The notes beneath the pieces are model-generated. The model was not told the DNA's origin. It saw nothing but the letters and a program-made list of their open reading frames with translations, and did not search any database. A program made the translations under genes and the position numbers. A stretch of DNA of 64,000 nucleotides from Bacilli bacterium (lineage in GTDB: Bacteria; Bacillota_I; Bacilli_A; RFN20; CAG-826), in contig JAFSMX010000014.1 in NCBI GenBank assembly GCA_017447725.1, forward strand, positions 14,006 through 78,005. The letters run 5' to 3'. Each line of letters begins with the position of its first letter. Within the stretch, counting starts at the first letter, position 1. This document shows, piece by piece, positions 10,140 through 20,495 of the stretch.

Positions 10140-12763
10140 TGAAGAGTCTCCTTAAAGAGTTCAATAGCGGATTGAATCTTAGATTCATCTCTACCAGAAC
10201 CATTCGCCATATTTGGACGTCCTCCGCCGCCACCACCAAGGTGTTTGGCGACTTCGCGGACTAAGTTTCCAGCCATATTCTTTCTTAAGGCTTCTCCACC
10301 GATAAAGATGGAAATTGGTAAGGAATTACCTTCACCACCAATTAGAAGAATAGCGTAATCTGGGAATTTAACTTTTAATCCATCACCCATAGCATTTAAG
10401 TTCTCCATTGATGCGCCTTTAACATACTTAGTTAAGACTTTATAACCTTTGAAATCAATAAATTGATTTAAGGCATCATTTGCATTGGCTTGGGAGATTT
10501 GATCCATAAGGGATGTGAGACGACGATTTGCTTCAGAAAGTTGTTCTAAGATAGAACGAATTTTATCTTTGGCTTCCTGAGCGTTAGTCGCTCCAACGCT
10601 TTCAACAATTGCTTTTAAGGCGTCTTGGCGTTCTTTAATTAATTCATACGCGCCAACTGATGAACGTCCTTCAATACGACGGACACCAGAAGCAATCGAT
10701 GATTCGCTTTCAATAACAAATACACCAATATCAGCAGTATTTTTAACGTGACATCCACCACAGAATTCGATGGATTCGTTGCCAAAGGCAACAACACGAA
10801 CTTCATCACCGTATTTTTCGGAGAAGAAGGCTTTAGCACCGAGTTTATTGGCTTCGGCAATACTCATCACACGAATGTTTGATGGAATGGCTTCAGCAAT
10901 CATGCGATTAACTTCTTTTTCAATGGTTTTGAGTTCTTCATCACTAATTTTAGAGTAGTGAGTAAAGTCAAATCTCATATAGTCTTTACAAACATAAGAA
11001 CCCATCTGCTTAATGTGGTTACCAAGAACTTTATCAAGCGCTGCTTGTAACAAGTGTGTTACAGAGTGGTTTCTTTCAGTAAGGCGACGTTCTTCAACAT
11101 TAATTTCAACATGAACTTTATCGCCTTCTTTGATTGATCCGCGTTTGACTTTAATAGCGTGCAGATGTTGTTTGTTTGGCGCTTTAATAACATTGTATAC
11201 TTCTAAAGAAGTATCGTTATTAGAAAGTTCACCTGTATCAGCAACTTCACCGCCAGATTCAGCATAGAAGTTTGTTTGAGAAAGAATAACTTCACCTTCA
11301 TCGGTGATTTCTTTGACTCTTACCCCATCTTTAAAGCAGCCAATGACGACTGCATCAAGTGGCTCCTCATCATAAACAAATGATGAAGGTTCAGTAAACT
11401 CAAGTAAATCTTTGGATTGTTTATGCATACTTTGAGCGTTACTACGAGCTTGTCGAGCACGTTCTTTCTGCTTTTCCATTTCCTTTTCAAATCCAGCACG
11501 ATCAACTTTGACACCTTTTTCGGCACAAATTTCAATCGTAAGGTCAATTGGAAAACCAAATGTATCATAAAGTTTAAAAGCATCTGATCCCGAAAGTTCT
11601 TTCTTGCCGACAATCATTTCGCGAAGGATTGATTCACCGGTTTCAAGTGTTTCTAGGAATTTTTCTTCTTCAGCCTTCACCATTTTGGCAATACTTGGGC
11701 CTTTAGAAACGTTTTCTGGATAGAATTTCGCATAGATATTAATAACCACATCAACGAGAGTGTACATAAATGGTTTTTCAATGCCGATTTGTTTAGCAAA
11801 TCTCATTGCTCGACGGACAAGACGTCTTAAGACGTAACCACGTCCTTCATTAGAGAAGATTTCACCATCAGCAATGGCAAAGGTCACAGCACGAATGTGG
11901 TCAGCAATCACGCGATAATTTGTTAAATAAGGTTTTTCGTATGGAACGTTAGCTAACTTTTCAACAGCTTTAATAATTGGCATAAATAAATCTGTTTCAA
12001 AGTTGGAATCGGTTTGTTGTAAAACAGACGCGATTCTTTCTAAGCCAGCTCCAGTATCAATGTTTTTACTAGGAAGTTCTTTATATTCGCTTCTTGGGGT
12101 ACCAGGAACAGCGTTATATTGTGAAAACACAATACCCCAGATTTCAATATAACGGTCATTTTCGATTTCTTCGCGGAGTAAACGTTCTCCTAAATGATCT
12201 GGATCATATTTTTCTCCACGATCAAAGAAAACTTCGGTGTTTGGACCAGCTGGGCCTTCACCGATTTCCCAGTAGTTTCCTTCTAAGGGGATCAGATGAG
12301 ATTCTTCCACACCCTCTTTTAACCAAAGTTGGTGGGTTTCTTCATCAATTGGGTTATAAGTGAAATAAAGTTTATCCTTAGGCATTCCGAAGTATTTCTC
12401 ACTAGTGAGAATTTCGAACGCAAATGGAATAACTTCTTTTTTAAAGTAATCACCGATAGAGAAGTTACCAAGCATTTCAAAGAATGTATGGTGACGAGCG
12501 GTAAAACCGACGTTTTCAATATCGTTTGTACGAATTGATTTTTGAACGTTTGTAATTCTTCGGCTTGGTGGTACTTCGCTACCATCCATGTATTTCTTTA
12601 ATGCGGCAACACCAGAGTTAATCCAAAGTAATGTTGGATCTTGGTAAGGGATTAAAGAAGCACCTTTTTCAACATGGTGACCTTTGGATTTAAAAAAGTT
12701 TAACCATGTTTCTCTAATTTCTTGACCGGTCATGTATTTCATATATCTTGACCTCCTAAGCAA
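10136..12763 (-). CDS. alaS: Alanine--tRNA ligase
   Basis: 875 aa; class II core, editing domain, and a C-terminal DHHA1 domain with a GGGGG motif. Confidence 0.95.
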   Translation of the reverse strand: MLRRSRYMKYMTGQEIRETWLNFFKSKGHHVEKGASLIPYQDPTLLWINSGVAALKKYMDGSEVPPSRRITNVQKSIRTNDIENVGFTARHHTFFEMLGNFSIGDYFKKEVIPFAFEILTSEKYFGMPKDKLYFTYNPIDEETHQLWLKEGVEESHLIPLEGNYWEIGEGPAGPNTEVFFDRGEKYDPDHLGERLLREEIENDRYIEIWGIVFSQYNAVPGTPRSEYKELPSKNIDTGAGLERIASVLQQTDSNFETDLFMPIIKAVEKLANVPYEKPYLTNYRVIADHIRAVTFAIADGEIFSNEGRGYVLRRLVRRAMRFAKQIGIEKPFMYTLVDVVINIYAKFYPENVSKGPSIAKMVKAEEEKFLETLETGESILREMIVGKKELSGSDAFKLYDTFGFPIDLTIEICAEKGVKVDRAGFEKEMEKQKERARQARSNAQSMHKQSKDLLEFTEPSSFVYDEEPLDAVVIGCFKDGVRVKEITDEGEVILSQTNFYAESGGEVADTGELSNNDTSLEVYNVIKAPNKQHLHAIKVKRGSIKEGDKVHVEINVEERRLTERNHSVTHLLQAALDKVLGNHIKQMGSYVCKDYMRFDFTHYSKISDEELKTIEKEVNRMIAEAIPSNIRVMSIAEANKLGAKAFFSEKYGDEVRVVAFGNESIEFCGGCHVKNTADIGVFVIESESSIASGVRRIEGRSSVGAYELIKERQDALKAIVESVGATNAQEAKDKIRSILEQLSEANRRLTSLMDQISQANANDALNQFIDFKGYKVLTKYVKGASMENLNAMGDGLKVKFPDYAILLIGGEGNSLPISIFIGGEALRKNMAGNLVREVAKHLGGGGGGRPNMANGSGRDESKIQSAIELFKETLQ

Positions 12764-12948
12764 AATAAAAAAGTATCTCAGAGGAACGAACTTATCGCGG
12801 TACCATCCTCTTTCAATACTTTGTATTGCACTTAATTAGTTTTCTCTTTAACGCAGAGACACGATGATTCTTCATCATCTCCAAAGGAGTGGCAGGTTCC
12901 TTTATCGGAGCACAATAAATATATCACAAATTCGAATAATTAAAAGAA
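12764..12948 (-). promoter_or_regulatory. T-box riboswitch leader of alaS
   Basis: Minus strand reads AGAGGATGGTACCGCGATAAG, matching the T-box consensus GGGTGGTACCGCG. This is followed by a hairpin plus TTTTTT terminator, then the SD and the alaS ATG. Confidence 0.75.
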
Positions 12949-14349
12949 TTATTCAAGAATTTCTGGGTATTTTTTCATGATGTAGTCAAGATCTTTATCT
13001 CCTCGCCCACTTAAATTGACAAGGATTGAGCCAGAGTGACGAGTACGAGCAACGCGAATGGCGTAAGCTAGTGCATGAGCTGATTCGATTGCTGGAATAA
13101 TACCTTCGAGTCTTGAAAGAAGCTTAAAAGCTTCTAACGCTTCCTCATCAGTTACAATATCATATTCAACTCGACCAATATCGTGAAGGAAACAGTGTTC
13201 TGGTCCAACTCCTGGATAATCAAGACCAGAAGCAATAGAGTAAGCATTAGCTACACTACCATCTTTATTTAATAAGACACGGTTCTTAAATCCATGAAGA
13301 ACATAAGGTTTGCCGAAAGTCATTGATGCGGCATTTTTACCGATTTCCTTTCCAGTACCCATTGGCTCAACACCAACAATTTGGACTGGATCATTTAAGA
13401 AAGCTTCAAACATACCGATAGCGTTACTTCCACCACCGACACACGCACAAACGATGTCAGGCAATTCTCCAGTCATTTCTAAGAACTGTTCGCGTGCTTC
13501 TCGACCAATAATTTCCTGGAAATCTCTAACAATTAGTGGATAAGGATGAGGTCCAACAGCTGAACCCATCAGATAGAAAGCATCCTTTGATTCCTTTAAA
13601 TAGTTAACAAAAGCGACATCAACGGCTTCTTTTAGTGTCTGAGTGCCTTCATAAACTGGAATAACTCGTGCCCCGAGCATTTTCATGCGGTTCACATTTG
13701 GCGCTTGTTTTTCCATATCGACAGCGCCCATGTAAATGTCACATTTTAGACCAAAATAGGCTGCGGCAGTTGCTACAGCAGAGCCATGAGAACCAGCTCC
13801 GGTTTCGGCAATTAGTTTAGTTTTGCCGAGATATTTTGCCAAAAGAGCTTGGCCCATGCAGTTATTTAGTTTATGGGAACCATTATGGTTTAAATCTTCT
13901 CTTTTCAAATAAATTTGAACTTTTCCAAGGTAATTTGAGAGACGCTCACAGTGATAAACAGGTGTTGGTCTTCCTTGGTAATTCTTGCGGATTTCGCGTA
14001 ATTCGTTGATAAATTTCGAGGATTTGCAAATGGTGAGGTAGGCATTATAAATTTCTTGGAAAATCTTGTTTGTTTTTTCATCAAAATAAGATCCACCATA
14101 TTCACCAAAATAACCGTCTTTTGTCGGATATTCTTTCCGATATGTCGCGAAATTTATTTCTTTATTCTTATTAATTTTAATAGGATTTGTTTTGCCTCTT
14201 CGATCAAGTGGTTTTGGTGCGTTATCTGGAATTAGATATGCTTTTCCTTTCTTCTTTAAACCTTCGATGCGATTTTCTTGGCATAAAAGACGAACTCGAC
14301 GTTCGTTAATTCCCCACTTTTCTGCGGCTTCTTTTACTGAAATATACAT
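12949..14349 (-). CDS. trpB: Tryptophan synthase beta-chain homolog with an N-terminal ~45 aa HTH DNA-binding domain (466 aa)
   Basis: PLP-binding lysine in HNGSHKLNN, and [25 protein letters not shown] motifs. The N-terminus [30 protein letters not shown] is an excisionase/MerR-like HTH. No trpA or other trp genes are adjacent. Confidence 0.8.
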   Translation of the reverse strand: MYISVKEAAEKWGINERRVRLLCQENRIEGLKKKGKAYLIPDNAPKPLDRRGKTNPIKINKNKEINFATYRKEYPTKDGYFGEYGGSYFDEKTNKIFQEIYNAYLTICKSSKFINELREIRKNYQGRPTPVYHCERLSNYLGKVQIYLKREDLNHNGSHKLNNCMGQALLAKYLGKTKLIAETGAGSHGSAVATAAAYFGLKCDIYMGAVDMEKQAPNVNRMKMLGARVIPVYEGTQTLKEAVDVAFVNYLKESKDAFYLMGSAVGPHPYPLIVRDFQEIIGREAREQFLEMTGELPDIVCACVGGGSNAIGMFEAFLNDPVQIVGVEPMGTGKEIGKNAASMTFGKPYVLHGFKNRVLLNKDGSVANAYSIASGLDYPGVGPEHCFLHDIGRVEYDIVTDEEALEAFKLLSRLEGIIPAIESAHALAYAIRVARTRHSGSILVNLSGRGDKDLDYIMKKYPEILE

Positions 14350-14568
14350 TGTTCCGTTCCTCGACTTTCGGCATAATTATAAAATACCGATAACAAAAGA
14401 ACAAGAATATTCAAAAACTCATCAAAAAATTTCTATATACAAAAAGCGTTAAATTTTGTAGAATTTAAGCAATATTTCGAATTTTCCGATAATTAATGAA
14501 TTATTAGAAAACTTTCACCAAACAAGGTGAATCAAACATAAATAGAAAGTGATTAAGAGGTAAAAATT

Positions 14569-15555
14569 ATGAAGAAAGGTTCATTACTCCTCGGCGTTGC
14601 CGCGATTACTGCTTTAGCAGGTTGTGGAAAAACTGGCATTAAAGTTAACCCAGACAAACAAAAATATGTTGTTGGTATTGCTCAGTTTGTTCCTCACGTT
14701 GCTCTTGATGCAGCAACAAACGGTTTTAAATCCAAATTAGCTGCTCTCCTTACTGCGGAAGGACGTGAAGTCGAATTTGTTGCAACCGATGCTGCTGGTG
14801 ATCCAGCTAACTGCCCAACCATTATTTCAACTTTAGTTAGCAAAGATGTTGATTTAATCTTAGCTAATGCTACTCCATGCTTATCTGCAGCTTACACTGC
14901 TACATCTTATATTCCAATTTTAGGAACATCTGTCACTGATTTTGGTGTCGCATGTAAGATTGAAATTGAAGGTGGAAAAACCAAAACTAATGTTTCTGGA
15001 ACAAGCGATCTTGCACCACTTGATGGACAAGTTAACGCAATGAAAGAACTTTGCCCAGATGCAACAAAATTTGGTATTTTATACTCCGCTAGCGAAGCTA
15101 ACTCCAAATTCCAAGTTGATGAAGTCAAGAAGTATTTAGAAGCTGCTGGTAAAACAGTTTCTACTTATCCAATTTCTGGATCTGACACATTAACATCAGT
15201 TTGCAACACAGCTGCCGCTAAAGAAGATGTAATTTACATCCCAACAGATAACTTCTGCGCTGATAACACTGCTTCCATTAACCAAGTTTTTGAAGGTGCT
15301 GGAAAACCTGTTTTCGCTGGAGAATCTGGTATTTGTAAAGGTTGTGGCTTTGCCACATTATCCATTGATTACACCCGTTTAGGTGAAATCACTGGTGAGA
15401 TGGCATTCAACGTTTTACTCGGTAAAAAAGATATTCGTGAATACGAAATTCAATACGATACTAATGTGAAGAAACTCTATGTCCCTTCCCGTTGTACAGC
15501 TTTAGGAATTGATGTTCCAGAAGATGCTGGCTACGAAGTCTTACCACTCGAATAA
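14569..15555 (+). CDS. ABC transporter substrate-binding lipoprotein (PF04392/TrpX-like family)
   Basis: Lipobox LAGC; YVVGIAQFVPHVALD motif typical of the ABC_sub_bind family; divergent from the trpB homolog. Confidence 0.75.
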   Translation: MKKGSLLLGVAAITALAGCGKTGIKVNPDKQKYVVGIAQFVPHVALDAATNGFKSKLAALLTAEGREVEFVATDAAGDPANCPTIISTLVSKDVDLILANATPCLSAAYTATSYIPILGTSVTDFGVACKIEIEGGKTKTNVSGTSDLAPLDGQVNAMKELCPDATKFGILYSASEANSKFQVDEVKKYLEAAGKTVSTYPISGSDTLTSVCNTAAAKEDVIYIPTDNFCADNTASINQVFEGAGKPVFAGESGICKGCGFATLSIDYTRLGEITGEMAFNVLLGKKDIREYEIQYDTNVKKLYVPSRCTALGIDVPEDAGYEVLPLE

Positions 15556-15573
15556 AAACTTTAAGGAATTAAA

Positions 15574-16485
15574 ATGGCTGGATTTTTTAACACACTACCA
15601 TCTGTTCTAGACCAAGGCATTATTTGGGGAATCATGGCCATTGGTGTTTTTATCACGTTCAAAATCTTGGATTTTGCTGATTTAACAGTTGATGGTTCAT
15701 TTGCTACTGGAGGATGTTTATTCGCCATCCTTACTGCAGCTGGAGTTCCAGTGCCACTTGGTTTTCTGATTTCCTTCTTTGCTGGAGCTGCGGCAGGTTT
15801 AATTACCGCATTACTCCACTGTTATCTAGGAATTCCAGGGATTCTGGCTGGCATTTTAACTCAATTAATGCTCTGGTCAATTAACTACAAGATCCTAGGC
15901 CAAGCGTCAATGCCAATTAATTCGCGTGATGCGCTCATTTCAATGAATGCTAGTTCTGGTGTTTATACGACAATTCCAATCGTGATTGGCATCGCTGCCA
16001 TCCTCATTTTAGTATTGTATTGGTTCTTTGGAACCAAATATGGTTCCTCTATTCGTGCGACTGGTTCAAACGAAGCAATGGCCAAAGCAAACGGTATTAA
16101 CGTTAATGCCCGTAAAATCATTGCTTTAATGATTTCGAATGGAATTGTTGCTTTTGCTGGAGCGTTACTTGCTCGTTTCCAAGGTTCAGCTGATATTAAT
16201 ATGGGTCGAGGAGCGATCGTTATTGGATTAGCCGCCATTGTTATTGGAACAACATTATTTGGTCGTTTATCAAAGAATTTTGCGTTAAATATGGGATTTG
16301 TTACTGTTGGCGCAATTATCTACTTCTTTGTTTTCCAATTCATTGTCTATGTCACAAACGAACCAGAATTATTAAAGATGCTTTCGGCAATCGTTGTCGC
16401 CATCTTCCTTGCTGTACCATACATTAAAAATGTATATATCAAGAATGCTCACTCCAAACATCAACGAGCAAAGGAGGCTAAATAA
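15574..16485 (+). CDS. ABC transporter permease
   Basis: 303 aa polytopic membrane protein between the substrate-binding and ATPase genes. Confidence 0.8.
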   Translation: MAGFFNTLPSVLDQGIIWGIMAIGVFITFKILDFADLTVDGSFATGGCLFAILTAAGVPVPLGFLISFFAGAAAGLITALLHCYLGIPGILAGILTQLMLWSINYKILGQASMPINSRDALISMNASSGVYTTIPIVIGIAAILILVLYWFFGTKYGSSIRATGSNEAMAKANGINVNARKIIALMISNGIVAFAGALLARFQGSADINMGRGAIVIGLAAIVIGTTLFGRLSKNFALNMGFVTVGAIIYFFVFQFIVYVTNEPELLKMLSAIVVAIFLAVPYIKNVYIKNAHSKHQRAKEAK

Positions 16486-17486
16486 TGTTATCTTTTAAAA
16501 ACGTTACGAAAGTCTTCTATAAAGGAACAGCGGATGAAAAGGTTGCTTTAAATAATGTTTCTTTCACCATTAATGATGGCGAATTTGTCACGATTATTGG
16601 TGGAAACGGAAGCGGAAAATCAACGACATTAAATGTTCTTACTGGAAATATGAATCCAGATAAAGGCGCGGTTTTACTTAACGATGTTGATATTACTAAC
16701 ATGCCAGAGAATAAACGTGCTAAATACTTCGCCCGTGTCTTTCAAGACACGAACAAAGGCACAGCTGGATCAATGCAAGTCATTGAAAACATGGCGATTG
16801 CCTCACGTAAAGGTGGACATAATGGTTTAGGTTGGTACATCAACAAAGAACAAAAGCAAAAATACATTGAGATGTTAAAGAGTTTCAATCTTGGATTAGA
16901 AACACGTTTAACAACTAAAACAAGTGTTCTTTCTGGTGGACAACGTCAAGCATTAACTTTGTTAATGGCGACTTTAAGAGCTGAACCATCACATAAACAA
17001 ATCATTAAAGATTATTCGACTTTCTATATGGGCGATAAAGAAAAAGCCAAACAAGAAGTCACGAAAGTTTATGATGAAGCTAAACAAGCTTATAAAGAGG
17101 CTTTAAAAGAACTCTCCAAGGAGAAACTTTCTTGTAAAGAAAAACGGACTAAAAAGCGTGCTTTATATGATGAATTTGACGCTAAGATTCGTAAATACGA
17201 TCTTACAAAACAAATTCTTCTTCTTGATGAGCACACGGCGGCGCTTGATCCAAAAACCGCTAAGAAGGTTCTTGCCTTAACTGAAAAGATTGTTCGTGAA
17301 AATAAACTAACCACCCTCATGGTTACACATAACATGCGTGACGCGATTACTTATGGTGACCGCTTAATCATGTTCTATGAAGGAAAGATCATTCACGATA
17401 TCTCCGGAAAAGAAAAACAACAGCTCACAGTTGAGCAATTGCTGAATATGTTTGATGAAGCGGAAGCTCAATCAATCAATAAATAA
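16485..17486 (+). CDS. ABC transporter ATP-binding protein with a ~70 aa Lys/Glu-rich insertion between the signature motif and Walker B
   Basis: Walker A GGNGSGKST, signature LSGGQRQ, Walker B ILLLDEHTAALD, H-loop VTHN. The insertion runs RAEPSHKQ...RKYDLTKQ. Confidence 0.8.
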   Translation: MLSFKNVTKVFYKGTADEKVALNNVSFTINDGEFVTIIGGNGSGKSTTLNVLTGNMNPDKGAVLLNDVDITNMPENKRAKYFARVFQDTNKGTAGSMQVIENMAIASRKGGHNGLGWYINKEQKQKYIEMLKSFNLGLETRLTTKTSVLSGGQRQALTLLMATLRAEPSHKQIIKDYSTFYMGDKEKAKQEVTKVYDEAKQAYKEALKELSKEKLSCKEKRTKKRALYDEFDAKIRKYDLTKQILLLDEHTAALDPKTAKKVLALTEKIVRENKLTTLMVTHNMRDAITYGDRLIMFYEGKIIHDISGKEKQQLTVEQLLNMFDEAEAQSINK

Positions 17487-17516
17487 AAAGAGACACACCT
17501 AATGGTGTGTTTTCTT

Positions 17517-18644
17517 TTAGTCTATTCGTTTATCATCCCGATAAACTTCATCGATTGTTCCAGAAGCAATTAGTAATCCGTCTTTATTATAGAAGACAGC
17601 TTCTTGTCCTGGAGTGACAGCTTTATAATAGTCGTAAGTACAAATAATCTTATCATCCTTTAGAGTAATCACAGCAGGATGATCAGGTTGACGATATCTA
17701 AACTTCGCACCAACTTCCTGTGGGAATTTTTCATTTGGATTAATGATGTTTAACTTTGTTACAACACATTTATTCGACATTAAGTATTGTTGAGTATCAC
17801 CACGAGTTACATAAAGAATGTTCTTTTTCGCGTCTTTCTTCACGATAAACCAACCGGTCGCGGTTTCGCCAGAAATTCCGCCAATTCCAAGACCTTTGTG
17901 TTGGCCAATCGTGTAGTAGTAAACACCACGATGTGTACCAATTATTTTACCTGTATCAATATCTATGATATTGCCAGATTGGGCAGGAATGTAATTCTTT
18001 AAAAATTCACGGAAGTTACGTTCGCCAATAAAACAAACTCCTGTTGAGTCTTTCTTATCCATCACGGAATCAAGGTCTAACTCATGAGCAATTCTTCTTA
18101 CTTCTACTTTAGAGATATTTCCTAATGGAAATAAACAAGAACGGATTTGTTCTTCATTAATCTGCGATAAGAAATATGTTTGGTCTTTATTAGTATCAGC
18201 ACATTTCTTTAGATAGAAATGTCCATCTTTTTCTTCTCTAGAAGCATAGTGACCCATGGCAATCATGTCGCAACCATTCTTCTTAGCAAAGTTCAAAAAA
18301 GCGTCAAACTTAATGTATTTATTACATAAAATATCTGGATTTGGAGTACGACCATGTTCATATTCTTCAATAAAGAAGGAGAAGACATGATCCCAATATT
18401 CCTTGATGAAATCCACTCTTATGAGTGGAAGGCCGAGTTTAGCAGCAACTTTTTGGGCGTCTTGATAATCTTTTTCCTGTGGACATTGATCATCGTTAAC
18501 GGTTGGATTACCAAGATAATCTCCATTAGCCATAGCATCCCAGTTACGCATAAAACAGCAGACGACATCATAGCCTTCCTTCTTTAGAAGGTATGCAGCG
18601 ACTGCGGAGTCAACTCCACCACTTAATCCAAGCATGACTTTCAT
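17517..18644 (-). CDS. mnmA: tRNA-specific 2-thiouridylase MnmA
   Basis: PP-loop motif GLSGGVDSAV; 375 aa. Confidence 0.9.
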   Translation of the reverse strand: MKVMLGLSGGVDSAVAAYLLKKEGYDVVCCFMRNWDAMANGDYLGNPTVNDDQCPQEKDYQDAQKVAAKLGLPLIRVDFIKEYWDHVFSFFIEEYEHGRTPNPDILCNKYIKFDAFLNFAKKNGCDMIAMGHYASREEKDGHFYLKKCADTNKDQTYFLSQINEEQIRSCLFPLGNISKVEVRRIAHELDLDSVMDKKDSTGVCFIGERNFREFLKNYIPAQSGNIIDIDTGKIIGTHRGVYYYTIGQHKGLGIGGISGETATGWFIVKKDAKKNILYVTRGDTQQYLMSNKCVVTKLNIINPNEKFPQEVGAKFRYRQPDHPAVITLKDDKIICTYDYYKAVTPGQEAVFYNKDGLLIASGTIDEVYRDDKRID

Positions 18645-19093
18645 TAGAAAAGCTCCTTTGAATCAAGAATCGTGGTAAATGGACCATCGTTAACTAAATC
18701 AATTTTCATCATGGCACCAAAAATACCTGTTTCAACTTTGTAACCAGCATCCTTTAGACACTGATTAAAATAATCATCCAGTTCACTGGCCTCTTTTGGA
18801 TTAAGTGCATTAACAAATGATGGACGTCTTCCATCCTTTACCGAGGCATATAAAGTAAACTGGGAAATCGATAAGATTTCTCCGTTAACATCTTTTAATG
18901 AAAGATTAGTTTTTCCATTTTCATCATCAAACAAACGTAGAGAAAGAAGTTTATTCGCCATTTTACTAACGACTTCTTTATTGTCTCCGCTAGTAAAACC
19001 AACGAATAGACAAAAACCGCGGGAAATGCTTCCCACGATTTTTTGATTCACCTCACAAGAGGCTCTAGTTACGTTTTGAACGATGATCCTCAT
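18644..19093 (-). CDS. dtd: D-aminoacyl-tRNA deacylase
   Basis: 149 aa; SQFTLYA motif. Confidence 0.9.
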   Translation of the reverse strand: MRIIVQNVTRASCEVNQKIVGSISRGFCLFVGFTSGDNKEVVSKMANKLLSLRLFDDENGKTNLSLKDVNGEILSISQFTLYASVKDGRRPSFVNALNPKEASELDDYFNQCLKDAGYKVETGIFGAMMKIDLVNDGPFTTILDSKELF

Positions 19094-19095
19094 GA

Positions 19096-20397
19096 TTAAC
19101 GAATGTAATCGTGAACAGTTGGAGGAACAGCAACGAATTCATCAACGATATGGAAGGCATCTTCGATATCTTTGAGAATTTGAGCGTGGTCTTCGACATT
19201 GGTGTGGACTGTGCAAAGCACATCACCTTTCTTGACCTTGTCGCCAACTTTCTTACTTAAAACGATACCAGCAGACATATCAATGACATCATCGAATGTC
19301 TCACGACCAGCACCTAAGCGCATAGCGCTTTCGCCGATTTCAAGGGCAACAATACGTTTGATGTAACCATCTTTTGGAGCTTTGACTTCCACAACGTATT
19401 TGGATTCTGGGAATTTTTCTGGATGATCAATATAAGAGACATCACCACCTTGGGCGATGACCATTTGACGGAATTTTTCAAAAGCTGAACCATCAGCAAT
19501 AACTTTCTTAAGCATTTCCATGGCTTCTTCTTCGGTTTTAGCAATCTTTGCTTGTTCAAGCATAATTGCACCAGAACGAAGACATAATTCAGTAAAGTCT
19601 TTTGGACCATGGCCATGTAAAGTAGCAATTGCTTCTTTAACTTCGAGGGCATTGCCTACGGCAAAACCAAGTGGTTGTTCCATGTCTGTTAAGACAGCAC
19701 GGGTATCACGTCCAAGGGCGTTACCAATCTTGCACATAACTGTGGCAAGTTCTTTTGCCGCTTCGACATTCTTCATGAATGCACCATTACCAAACTTCAC
19801 GTCAAGTAAGATACAATCTGATCCAGAAGCAAGTTTCTTAGACATCACAGAGGAAGCAATTAAAGGCATTGATTCGACTGTTCCTGTAACGTCACGAAGA
19901 GCATATAACTTTTTATCAGCTGGGACAAGTTGTCCGGTTTGACCGACAACAGCGCAGCCAATTTCACTAACTTGTTTTCTAAATTGTTCATCGCTAACGA
20001 AGACGTTCATTCCTGGAATAGATTCGAGTTTATCGAGTGTTCCACCGGTGTGGCCTAAGCCACGACCACTCATTTTAGCTAAGATTGCACCACAAGCAGC
20101 AACCATTGGTCCAAGAGCTAATGTGGTCTTGTCACCAACTCCACCTGTGGAGTGTTTATCAACTTTAACACCTTTTATTGATGATAAATCCATGACATCG
20201 CCGCTATGTTCCATACGGTCGGTTAAAGTGACGATTTCACGATTGGTCATGCCTTTAAAGATAATCGCCATTAATAAAGCGGAAACTTGGTAATCAGGAA
20301 TTTTTCCTTCAACGTATCCGTTAACAAAAAATGTGATTTCTTGGTCGGTTAATTCACCGCCATCACGTTTTTTTGTAATAATATCAACCATTCTCAT
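19096..20397 (-). CDS. pdp: Pyrimidine-nucleoside phosphorylase
   Basis: 433 aa; KHSTGGVGDKT motif. Confidence 0.9.
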   Translation of the reverse strand: MRMVDIITKKRDGGELTDQEITFFVNGYVEGKIPDYQVSALLMAIIFKGMTNREIVTLTDRMEHSGDVMDLSSIKGVKVDKHSTGGVGDKTTLALGPMVAACGAILAKMSGRGLGHTGGTLDKLESIPGMNVFVSDEQFRKQVSEIGCAVVGQTGQLVPADKKLYALRDVTGTVESMPLIASSVMSKKLASGSDCILLDVKFGNGAFMKNVEAAKELATVMCKIGNALGRDTRAVLTDMEQPLGFAVGNALEVKEAIATLHGHGPKDFTELCLRSGAIMLEQAKIAKTEEEAMEMLKKVIADGSAFEKFRQMVIAQGGDVSYIDHPEKFPESKYVVEVKAPKDGYIKRIVALEIGESAMRLGAGRETFDDVIDMSAGIVLSKKVGDKVKKGDVLCTVHTNVEDHAQILKDIEDAFHIVDEFVAVPPTVHDYIR

Positions 20398-20495
20398 AAA
20401 AATAAAACCTCATTATAATCATACCAAAAGTGTATGAATTATAAAACACAAATTAATATCTCGAAATAATCTATGTTTTATTTAATAATAAAGAT

